Source of the DNA: Lama glama
Taxonomy: Eukaryota
Length of the DNA: 64,000 nucleotides
Assembly: GCA_028534125.1 (NCBI GenBank)
Contig: CM052820.1
Location: 61,318,001 to 61,382,000, forward strand
Direction: 5' to 3'
The stretch's first letter is position 1. Every line of letters starts with the position of its first letter. The position numbers and the translations under genes were made by a program. The notes below the pieces were generated by a model, which saw nothing but the letters and a program-made list of their open reading frames with translations, was not told where the DNA came from and ran no database searches. Positions 25,991-38,800 of the stretch are shown in pieces.

Positions 25991-27619
25991 AGTGATATTG
26001 GTAGGTGACTTATTCAATGACATCATACTGACTTATTTATGTCTTTAAAGTTTTTTCAACTAGAGAATCACAGATGTGCATACAGTAAATGCTGGGCTAC
26101 TGGTGCCATGATTATCAGTGTATAAACACAGAAACGTTGCCACTCCTGCTTGTTATCTAAAAATAGGTGACCTTCATTGTTTCCCTCCATTGTGTCCACA
26201 AATTTGCAGAAGGCATACATCTCTATGAGCGCAAATATACAAGTCAAAATTCATCGTGCTATGGGATTTGTTTTCCCCCTTTTCTTCCAGGCTGATGTCT
26301 CCTTCGTATTTTTATATATTCAAGGGAAAAAGTACACATTCGTCCTATGGAAATGAAAGCTATAATCCTGCCTTAGATTAACTGAGCTGAAGCCAAGAAA
26401 TTGGAGAAATTGCATCTTCCATGCCTCTTTGCAGCCACCTGCTTCTCTCCATTCTGACACTGGTGCAAGTCCTGTTTCTCTCATGTGGGAAAGGATGCAC
26501 CAGTGGCAGTAAAAGCTTTAAGCAGCTCGGTCGCTTTTTTACTTTAAAGTCTAAATCATGCAGACTTGAAAGAGTGGGCAGAAAATCAGAATGAAATAAT
26601 GGCAAAAATTGCATGGAGGCAAAAATTGTCTATGCTGCACATCTAAAAATAGGTCTAGGATGTATCATTCTGAGAACTGCTCGGCATGTTCAGAGGTCAG
26701 GGTTTTTTAATCAAGCTTGGGCGTGAGTTATTGCATGCTTTTCTTGGCCCTTTGTCTCAACAACAGTAAAACGGTACTAACAGAGGAGAACATCATGGCT
26801 GCTGCTCACTGTTTCACTCCACGCGCCTGTGCTTTGAAGGAGCGCTCTGACTCACAGAGGTCACCCATGTAAAACCCGAACAGTCTTCACTCTCCTCCCA
26901 CAGAAAGAAATCGACCGTCACCAGATGGCCTTGGGTCAGAGATCCAGGGAGCATATTTAAATAAAAGAGGAAGAGACAGGCACCTGGTTTAACTTTTATT
27001 GTTTCCCTCACTTGCTGGCTGTTTTTCCTCTGAACCACCTTTAACAAAGTAGATGCAAAAAAAAAAAAAAAAAACAACGAAAGATAACTTATGCAGATAC
27101 AGTCTGTAGATTTTAGAAGATTAAATTTTAAATTTTTCATTAAAAATGAAAGTTTACATATTTTCTATTGTAAACAACTTGATACCTGGAATCTCTTGTT
27201 TTAAAAATTCTAAACTTTAAAATTTTATCAGTATTATTATTTACCTATTATGGTCCATTTAGAGTGGGAGCAAACTTATAGCAAAATACCTTCTAGATAG
27301 ATCATTATGTTAAATGGAAAGCAATGCAAATATTAAAAAGTTTTACAAATAAAAAGAATAATACATAAATAATAAATTCTGAATGAGGATAAACATTCCA
27401 AGTTTAGAAGCAATAAAAAAACCCTCCTCAGTCAATAGCTTCCTGAATACATAGCACACGCTAGCTTTGCTGATGGTAGCAATTCACTGGATAATTTTTT
27501 TGCACAGGGTCAGAGACCAACCTCGGGAAAATGCTTTAGCCTGTTTTTCGTTCCACAGTGAATTCTGGGAGACACTCTTCTTTCTCTCTCTTAGACAATT
27601 AATTCATTCTTTTAAAAAA

Positions 27620-27875
27620 GCAGGTTTGTTGAGATATTTACTGTGTACAATCTGATGTGTTTGGACATATGCACTATGTTGTCCGGCAGACACCTAGAAC
27701 TTACTGGTTTGGCATAACTGAAACTTCATGCCTATTGAACAACTCATTTTCCCCATCCCCCAGCCTCTGGCAACCACTATGGCATTTTCTACTTCTCTGA
27801 GTCGATTTTAGACACCCTGTATAAATGGAATCATACAGTATTTGTCTTTCTGTGACTGGCTTATTTCACTTAGTC
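27620..27875 (-). mobile_element. L1MA-like 3' UTR fragment
   Basis: cagcctctggcaaccacta...aaatggaatcatacagtatttgtctttctgtgactggcttatttcactta. Confidence 0.8.
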
Positions 27876-28944
27876 GAGGTGGGTTTTATGTATAATGGGG
27901 TTGGTTTAACTTTGTACGTCATAGAAATTCATTTTATTTCATTTCACTTTCATCTCTGCTAAGGTTTTATGGATGACCAAGGGAAGGACAGCGTAGGTGT
28001 GTTTGCTGGTGTGAAGGGACCATCTACCTCTACCATCCATTATTCACATTCTTTTCCAAGATCAGCCAGGCAACTTCCAAGAAGGATGTGAAAGGTCTCC
28101 TGGGCTGGGTTATTTCTAAACGTTTTCTAGTGGATGGCTGTGGATGATCTATATAATCTGAGACTCAGAACAGCTTTCTTGTACCTGCTACCTAGTGAGA
28201 AAGAGAAGACATGCTCAAAATGCTGGCTATGCTGGGGCTGATATTGGATATAAAATGTAGATGCTGTGTTTCACTAGGGAAACTATTCATTTTATGATAG
28301 CAATGCTAGACTCTTCATAAGATGAAAAACTCATGGAAGAGTCTGCAACATTTTCACATCCCAGTTTGATGCCTTGGCAGATGTTATGGGAACACCTGCA
28401 AGATCATTAAAGCAAAGCCAGGTCAAAGTGTACATCCCCAGTGAGCCACCTGCCAAAAGCTATTGTGCTAGTCTTTTTTGACCCTGTGTCCCCATATAGG
28501 TCTAATGTGAAAGAACTTTCTCTGGTGTAATAAATCTGTGCTTTCCCCTTAAAAAAAAAAAGCAATGAAAGAAATCACAGGAGAAAATCTTGATGCATTT
28601 ATGTATGTGAGAAAATTCTATGTACCCAAAAAGAATATAGTCCCAATATAAAAGGCAAATGAATGGGAAAAACATTTGTAAATATGTCATATATAAGGTT
28701 AATATATTTGATGAAGAAGACTTATTATAAATCAATAAATCAATATTAATGACAAAATGTCAAATGAGAAAGACAAAGGACCTGATCCTGATTATAAAGA
28801 CTATACAAATTAGGATACACAGTTCCATGACACACATGTAGAAACACTGTCCTCCATAAAGATAAATATGCAAATTCAAATAAGGTACCATTTTGTCCTT
28901 ATCAAACTTGCAAAGGTAACTTTTAAAAATCATACTTGGTGTTC

Positions 28945-29335
28945 AAGAACAGCATTTCCTAAGGGCACTTGCTAAGAATACAAATTTAGGGGGTCCATCC
29001 CAGATCCACCAAAGCAGAATCCTAGCAGATGGACCTAGAAAGCAAGTTAGGGAAATTCCAATTCAATTGGCTTATAGTAGGACCTGGGAATTTGTCATGT
29101 CCCAGCCCAGTCCTAGGTGATCTTAAGATAAGGCAAGTTTGAAAACATTGCTCTAAGCAGCGATTTTCTGCCATAGCTGGTCTATTCAATCACCTGAGAG
29201 ATTTTAAGAAATACAGACTCTTGAGTCCTACACTCAGAAATTCTGACTTAAACCTTGTGGGTTCGATTTGGATGTCAGCAATTTTAAAAAGCTCTTCAGG
29301 TGATTCCAAAACATGGCTGAAGTTGAGAACATCTA
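28945..29335. mobile_element. Tandem MER5-like hAT MITEs
   Basis: ctaggtgatc...aagtttgaaaacattgctctaagcagcgattttc...caggtgattccaa...gttgagaac. Confidence 0.65.
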
Positions 29336-29924
29336 CTCGAGAGTGAGAAAATGACATGATAAAATGGATATCTGTATGCTTTTCGAATGGGAGTGAGGAT
29401 GTGTACTACCCTTTTTACAAACAATATGGCTGTTTGCTTTTTATTAAAAATAATATCGTTTTCACTAAAAATTGCAGTTGCAGTTGTGTTAATTTATCCT
29501 ATCAATATCATCTAAATATAGAACCACTAATGAGCAGAAATTTTCTCTGTGTGTAACTGATTCAGTAACAATATTTGAGAAGACCACAACTGCCATGCTA
29601 TGGAGTAATGTTTAATAAAAGATGTATGTTCAATAATGAAGTGCTATACACTCATTAAAAATGTGCATGTAATAGGTTTTAATGTTATGGGAAAATGAAG
29701 GATTAAGGGGACAAAGGAAGGAATAAATTGTATTTACTGCACAGTCAAGACTAAGTTAAAATGAGCATGGCAAAAAGACAGGAAGAAAATACTCTGAATT
29801 TCTAAGGGTGCTAATCTTTGAGCTAAGGGGAAATGTAATGACGTCTGGGGGTTATTTTCTAACTTCTCTGAATTTCAGAAATTTATATAGTATTTACATT
29901 AGATCTCATTAAAATGTGTAGAAT

Positions 29925-30480
29925 TATTATTGTGTTATACACAACATAAAATTTACCATTTTAACAATTTTCAAGTGTACAAGTCAACACCATTAAGTAC
30001 ATTCACCTTGTTGTACAAGCATCACCCCCATTTATGTCCAGAATTTTTTTGTCTTCTCCAACTGAAACTTTGTATGCCTTAAACAATGACTCCCTGTTAC
30101 CTCCTGCCCCTAGCCTCTGGTAACCAGTATTCTACTTTCTGTCTCTATGAATGACTATTCTAGGTATTTAACAGAAATGTAATCATACAATGTTTGTCTT
30201 TCTGTGTCTGGTTCATTTCACTTCGCACAATGCCTTCAAGATTTATCCATGTTATAGCATGTATCAGAATTGTATTGCTTTTTAAGGCTGCATAATAGTC
30301 CACTGTATTATTTACACACAGTCCACATTTCGTTTCTCCTTTCAACCACTGATTGACATTTGGGTTGTCTCCACATTTTGGCTATTGTGAATCATGCTGC
30401 TATGAAAACTGGTGTACAAATACCTATTCAAGTGCCTGCCTTCAGTTTTGGGGGGACTATACCTAAAAATCAAACTGCTN
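29925..30480 (-). mobile_element. L1MB-like 3' end
   Basis: acataaaatttaccattttaacaattttcaagtgtaca...ccacattttggctattgtgaatcatgctgctatgaa. Confidence 0.88.
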
Positions 30481-33400
30481 NNNNNNNNNNNNNNNNNNNN
30501 NNNNNNNNNNNNNNNNNNNNNNNNNNNNNNNNNNNNNNNNNNNNNNNNNNNNNNNNNNNNNNNNNNNNNNNNNNNNNNNNNNNNNNNNNNNNNNNNNNNN
30601 NNNNNNNNNNNNNNNNCAAGGTCAATCACTTCATATGGCAATCTTTCCAAAATATATCATTCACTTCCCAGCCTTCTTAAAAAGATAATATTGAACAAAA
30701 TTTAGCCTTTAAAAAATGAATTATATAATTCATGTCCCCTCGGGCGTTACTGAAATATACTTTTATTTGAAAACTATTTTATTTAATAACCATTCTCAGT
30801 TATTTCCATTGATTAGATCAGTCCTTTCACATTCCTGTGAAATATCATCTCCATTTCACAGATGAGTAAATGAGGCACATACAGAGGTAAAGATCACACA
30901 GAGAGTAAGTGAAGGTAGGGGGATTCAAAGTCCACGTCTTTACACATTTTGCTAGACTTCTAACCATCTAAGAATGCTTGTGTCTACATTCAATGTCTCC
31001 AAACTGATACTGTATACTCTTGGAAAATTTGTGTATGCTGTTTAATGTTTTATTTTGTTTTTCCTTTTAGTTGTTACTGTTACTCCTTGTGGTTGTAAAA
31101 GCACCTACCTCCAGCCATTTTCTCCTCTCCAGCCCACATGTTGACACTGATGTCCTGTCATCAAGAAAAAGAGATAAAGATAAGAGTTTACACTGTGTGA
31201 GAAGCGTAGATTTGAGAGAACTTGAGGGATCAATCTCAGGATAAAAATATTTGAGTTTAGTTATTTGGCTTTCATATATCTATTTTGGTGTTCAATGACC
31301 TATTTTGCTTATTTCTGGCTTTTCTTCTTGTGTTCTAGGTGCTGAATCTGCCCTTATGCAGCATGAATATGAGTGCTTACTCTTACTCCTACTTACATAC
31401 ATTGTGTAATATAATGAAATTTATTTTTAAAAAGCTTGTCCCAAAGTAATAAATATCCTTTCTATGTCTGATATTCTATTTAAAATTGTCTACTTACTAG
31501 TTTCATGATACACACAAAGAAAATCAAGGAAAAGAGTTTTGATATTAAAACTGGTCCTACATCAAGACCATTCAAACTATAGATTCAGTGACTATTGATC
31601 AGCAATGGCCATCAATATCAGCCTGGAATATCTTTATAGAATTTATTATATGCCATAGACATGTTTTCTGGAAAGAACAGACAAATGTTTCTTTCCTTGG
31701 GTAACATGTATATTGTGAAATGTTGACCATTTAACTTTTTGAAATCAAACATCCTTTCCAATAAATTAGGAGAGGTCACTAGTTAAAACAAATAAAACAA
31801 TGAGTCCTTGTATGTATCACAATCTTTTTATTTAAAGTGAATTATCAGTATGTTATCTCATTTCACATCACTATCTGTTTTTCTAGAAATTAAGTCTTTC
31901 CATATCAATCTTTCTTAAAGAATACTTTCCCACATCTCTAAGATTTTTCAAGAAAATAGGTGAATAACAGGAGTAAAGCTGAGAGGAAAATGTTCACTCA
32001 AAATGCAAAGAAAAGATAAAATACTTCTAATACTTCTGTAAAAAACTGTAGCCGTCCATATCCCCTTAAATCCAGTTTTGTATTACCAGGTTTGTAGTTA
32101 ATTTCCATCTAAATACTCTAAGAAATTTTATTCAACAAAATCAAGCAGGGGTGGCGGGGGAGGAGGGGATAAGGAACCAAAACCACATTCCCAGACATCT
32201 GAACTAGCTGATAGGAATAGCCATGATCTTATTCACAACTCTGTGGCTGTTAGTAGTTAAAGCTGGGAGAAAATAAAGTCAGAGTGCTACCTTATTTCTT
32301 TTAAGAACGTCCTCCTCAAATCTAGAGGTGTCACAATATAAAACCTCACTGGACTTCAAAATTTGATCATTTTAACACTCATTTCTGATTAAAACAGTAA
32401 TACTGTTAATATCAATAAATACATTCAAATTCTGAAATGATTCAATTAACTTTTTTAGGAAATCTGTATAACTGGACCTTACAAATGTACTATAACTCTT
32501 ATTTGTTTTTGTCACATAAAGAAGGGGCCATTCTCTCTCTATTCATCTGTACCCAACTTCTACTAAACACACAGTCCTGAGCACATTTATATCCCTGGGG
32601 GTCAACCTCTCTTCTCCACCTTTTCCTTTTCTAGATTCCTACTACTTACCTCTACCATTCATTTCAATAATGCTTTATATTATCATAAATTCTTCTATAT
32701 TTTTTCACATATGCATTATGTTCTACTGTTAAGTATCACCCATATTAACTATGATAGGTTGAGTGTATAATGAGATTTTTTAAAAGTTTTTTTTCCAATC
32801 AATTGATAGTTGAGTCTTCTTGTTCAAAGAAGAAATTGTTGGGAATGGAGCATTCTTCAAGGAAATTATAACCTTGGGAAACTAAAGCAATAAACCAGGT
32901 GAACAGTGGATGAGGCCTGGAAGCCTGGGTCTTCAGCTATTAAACACCCCTCCAAAGTAAAAATAGCTGTTTAGAAGGATCTTAAACTTACTGAAGCTGA
33001 TATACAATCATCCTCAAACTGAAAACTCTTCACTAAAAGATAATTCATTTTATTTTATGGTGGTCACGAAGTAGTACAAAAACATTTAAAGAAACCTCTA
33101 ACATGGAATAAATAATGTTTGGTGAGACAAAGATCAAAGGGGTTAATAAGCAAACATCATGGAATTGAGAACAGAGTTGAAAATGGCAAGACAGCTACTT
33201 TGTCTGAATAGAAATTTAGTAAACGTATTCTATCAAAAGTTTGGACTGGGCCTCAAGTTACTGGTTTCCAACTGCCACAATTAGAAGAAAAAAAGAAGGG
33301 GGGAGGGTAGAGAGGAAGGAGGAGAGAAGGGGAAGCCTTTTTTTTAAGTGAAGTATTCTTCTAGAACTCAAACGATCTGACAGATTTGTAACATGTCACT

Positions 33401-34127
33401 GAAGCCAGAAGCATAATCATAATGAACTGGAGCTCCAATCAGGCCCCTAAAACGCCTGTAGCTTTGTTTAAAATGACTACGGCGAAATACACCCTTTTAC
33501 GGAAAGCGGAGAGGGCTTCCAACAGTTGGCCAGTGTTCTAGGTGATGGATGCTGATGAGCAATTCCCTTAAACAACTGATTTACTGCCAACAGAGACAAA
33601 CATTGGAAGCACATCCAAAAACTCATTTGCAATAAAGATGACAAGGATGGCCGCTCTGTTCACCTTCCCCTCTCTTATCGGATTGGTGTCCCTGTTCCTG
33701 CAACCACCCACACAAAGGCCACAGTAGGACCCCTCCCTTCCCTAACCCCCTTTTCTTTTCCTCAAAAGTCACGATGTCTTAATGTCTTACGATCGCTTCC
33801 TCTCTCCCTTTCTTCCTTTCGTCTTTCCCTCCCTCCTAGCTTTTCTTTCTTCCTAAAATCACTGCTTTTTAAAAACACACCCCTACCCCACTAGAAATCC
33901 TTCGCAAGCGAGATAAAGTCAGGCACAGGCGGCAGGCCCGTGCATTTGCAAGCGCCATCTGGCACCTCCGATTCTTCGCCACTTTCCACTTCCCGGAGGT
34001 GAGAGAAGCGGGAGGCAAAGGACATGGAGAGCCGGTGTGACCCAATTCTTCTGAAACTTTCAGCTGGTGGCCAACCTTCCCACACTCAAACTCTTCAATC
34101 ATCCATCAAGTCAGAAAAGTACAGTGA

Positions 34128-34919
<792 letters not shown>

Positions 34920-35805
34920 CCGGCCCCCGACGCCGCGGCAGCCGCCCCACGCCTCCCCACTTCGCCAGCCCAGCCGCGCCCCCTCACCATCCGAGACTGG
35001 GCGAAGCAGACCTGTCGGAGTCAATTACTTCTCTCGACTTCTGCCTTTCGGGATGAAGCAACCCGTTTCTCGCTCGCCCTCTTAAAGTCCCCAGGCCTGG
35101 CTGTAGGAAGAGAGAGCCCGAACTCCGGACTCAGCAGCAAGTGGCAAGAAGGCGATTAGGGCACAGAAATTTGGAAGCTGCCGCTAGCGCGGGATGGTGG
35201 GAGACCTACCCGGCCAAGGCCCTTTTCCACCCACAGGTGGGCCAAGCTCTGGGGGCAGGTGGAGAGGGCGGGCAGGGGAGAGACCAGCGGCACTGCCTGC
35301 CTGGTGACCGGAAAAGTGACCCGCGTATACTTCACTCAACGGAACTAATGGGAAAACGCAAATCCGTGTTGGATTAGCGCGGGTTCCCTCCCGCTCCTCG
35401 CAGCCCTGGCGGGAGAGACGATAAATACCTTTGGTTGATTGTAACGTGCCCTTTTAAAGGATTTTGTGTTTCTTTGCTTGAATACAAATATTTGATGTCT
35501 TTTACTGCCCTAGTGACCTGTTTGCCTGCCCGGGGGTTAGAGTTTTGTTATCGGGAGAAAGGGTGGGGGAGGGGAGCCTGCGAATGTGAACAAGGCGAGT
35601 TGTTTCTTTTATTTCATTTCCTACTGGGTCTTTGGTGGGGGGCTGGCACTCCAGCTGGCCCCGGGACAAAGACTTTAAATAGAACTCATAGCTCGTGACT
35701 GCACGGTTTACGCCACGAAAGTGCTCTTGACATTTCGTGACACCGTTTGGACTCCCCCCTCCCCTTTATTTAACATCTCCTTAATAAATGCAACATTTCA
35801 GTGTT
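34920..35805 (+). other. RPRM: RPRM 3' UTR (end approximate)
   Basis: Runs from the stop codon to the first AATAAA, which is followed by a GU/U-rich element. Confidence 0.75.
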
Positions 35806-35812
35806 TTGTTCC
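35783..35812 (+). terminator. RPRM: Polyadenylation signal AATAAA with downstream GU-rich element
   Basis: AATAAA at 35783-35788, CA dinucleotides shortly downstream, then gtgttttgtt. Confidence 0.8.
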
Positions 35813-38800
35813 TGGCCTCCTGGTGATCATTCTGGGCTCCCGACCGACCAAAGGGAACGGGCGACGGTGAGGAGTCGGGTTACTGGCCGGGGGTGGAATT
35901 CTCTTTGGAGAGCTGCGATTCAACTCGTGGATTCCACGCAGGGACAAGGGTGGCGGCGAGACGGTGAGGCCTAGGGACTAGTGAGACATGGCCAAGCCTC
36001 AGGCACAGGAGCCATCCTGGAGGCAGCATCCTTTGTTTTCCCTTACAGTTAATATTTTATATTTCACTTAGGCTCAGCTCTCTGAGCCAGGCGAGACGAC
36101 AGGAGGCCCCTGCGGGAAGATTACACTTCCGTGCAGGGTTCCGGCGGGAACACAGGGTTACATCGCTAATGAAAGGAAGAAACGGCTTGGCCAGCCTTCA
36201 GGGAGGGCGTCTTTCCCCCTGACCAACGTCAGCAAGACGGCGTCAGGATGCTGATCCAAAAAAAAAACAAAAACAAAAAAAAAAAACCCCGAGAAAAAGT
36301 AGCTGCTGCTAAAGTACATAGTGACGCTAATTCTCCCTGGGGTAAACCTTTGTTAATAAAACATGACATGCATTGTCTTTGTCACATTACGTTTTCTAGC
36401 GAAAGGGCCAGATTAAAAGAGAAACCCGGCTTGCTGTTTAATTTAGAGTAATTAGCCTCAGGCCAGGCAAAAAGGTTCAGAGGAGTTAGCCAAGGTCCTG
36501 AATGTCGGAAATGAGCGTTACAACCTAAACTGGAAAGTTAGGCAGTGGTGGAGCTACAAATGGTCGTGGGGCTCAGAAATTGAAGGGGATTTGGAAAGAA
36601 GAGCCTGGAAAACGATGAATGTGAAAATAACCCAAAGGATACAATAGCTTCAAGCTAAAACTTGACAAGAGGTTTTGAGCAGTTTATTTTTACACCTGGG
36701 GCAGTATCCTAAATATTTTCAAGAATATAAAGAATCCTCTACTATGCCATAGCAATTAAAGACATCACAGTAGCAGATATAAAATGGACTAAAATTAAAA
36801 AACAACAAAATGTCCTACTTAATTGGGAAGAGGCACAACTGGTATAAACAATGTCAGTGACTCAAGGGTTGGGATCAAAGGGTTGAGTGACCTTTGACAT
36901 CCTGTCCACTATAAAGTGTTTATTTCACTCCCAAAGTAACTCCGGTCAAGAATTATGACCTGGGATGGTTTTTTGATTGCTAATAGATACCAGGCTTGGG
37001 GGGAAGAAGGATTTTTGAAGTTTTGCCTTTTGTTCCTGTATTGTCAGTAGGTAAGGGTTTGCTTGTGTGTTTCTATCTAAGAAGGGGGGGGCAGGGTCAA
37101 AGTGTAGTCAAGAGTGAGTCATGGAAGGCAGTTTACTTTTGCTAGTGGGTAAGATAGGAAATGGAGACTCCTTATTTTGTAGACAGTTTCTGTGGCACCA
37201 AGTTAATCTGCTGCCTCCATGTTTTAAAGGGAGGAAAAAAGCACTCACTGACAAACCAGACATTTAAAATTAAACTCAGTTATTTTGTGGCTGCAGCATC
37301 TGCTGAGGGTCCCTTCTTCCCGCAGATTTGTCAGCCTACAGTGAACTCTGTGCTCTGGTGGAAATCGATTTGGGGTCAAAACCCAATCAGCTAGTTTGTA
37401 GGCATCTTGTATTGTGCTCTGCTGTGTGCGAAGTGCATGCTTATAGCAAGTTTCAGACACAGAAAGGTTTCAAACCTACACGTCAATTTGTACATGTTTG
37501 TGTAGAACAGAGGACTCCATGCAAAGGCAAAGAACTGAAAGTTGAGAGAGGGGTCTGCCTAAGCCACCTGCTCCTCTCTCTTCTACTGATACTCTTTATC
37601 TCCACTATCACAATGATCCATCTCCATCCTTGTTCCGCTCAATACTTCACACCACTTTCCTCCTCCCGCACCTCAAAACCAAAATCTATGCTTTCTCCTT
37701 ATCTCAGCTATCCAGATTTATCCTCTTACCACCAGGAACTGTGATAGTCAGACAAACCAGAAGCTGCACAATGTAATCCTCAGGTAGAAAAGGTATGTGA
37801 ACAGAGCCCTGTAATCCATAATCTATGCGTTATAAGGAAATGCACATGATCTGAAAATGTCGTAGCCCTAGGACCATTTCCTGCCAGCAACTCTTCTCTA
37901 CAGCTCTTAGATCCATTTGTTACCTAGAGCGATGCCAAGCGGTTCTGCTTTTATAGATGAGGCAACACGTGCAAGAAGCTTTTTACGCTCCCTATTCCCC
38001 AGTGGCCCACACGACGACCACTTTCTCGGTCCCACACCACTCCCTCTGCCTTTGACTCTCTTTTTCTGTGATCCTAACAAATGCATTAAATGAAATTTTT
38101 AATCCTTCCCAGAGTTTATGGAGCGTTGATCCTTTCCCACAGATGTGCTACAAGGAAAGTGAGTTTTAAAGAATCACTCTCTGAATTTCATTTTTTTTTT
38201 TTAATGTCAGTCTTCAGAGACTGGGAATTGAGAGAGAGAGAGATGCAGACAGGCAGATTTGATCATCCCACATGTAAGTCCACTATTTGGTCAGTAATTA
38301 GTGGGAAGTCGTGAGAGAGAGAGAGATGGCTTCCTGTAAAAGCTTGCTGGATCTGGAATGGTCCATGGGGAGGCATCTGATACTTCCTAAAACCCTTCTG
38401 GAAATGCAGCAGAAACAGGGAGAGGTTTTCGTGACAAGCAGAATAGCAGGGTTGTAACCTCTCTCAGGTTGTGCGGATAGCCACTGATGCCCCTGAGCCT
38501 AACTGGGTCACCTCTACATAGTTAGCTTAGCTGTTGTTAATAAATATTATTTTTCTTAAGATTGTTATGAATTTTCCCACTTTCTCTGAAAATGTATCAA
38601 GGACTTGAGTGTTAAACACCTCGAGGGCTGCTTGAGGGAAATCTAAGCACACAGGTCACACTGTTGTGTTAAGTCTAAGATCATGTTTGTTTCTGATTTT
38701 CAAGTCACCCTGGCCTCTCACTGGATCCTGGGTCAGTCCTGTTACTATGTCTTCCTGCACTAATTCTGAGTGAGGGCACTGGACCATGATGTAGGAAAGT

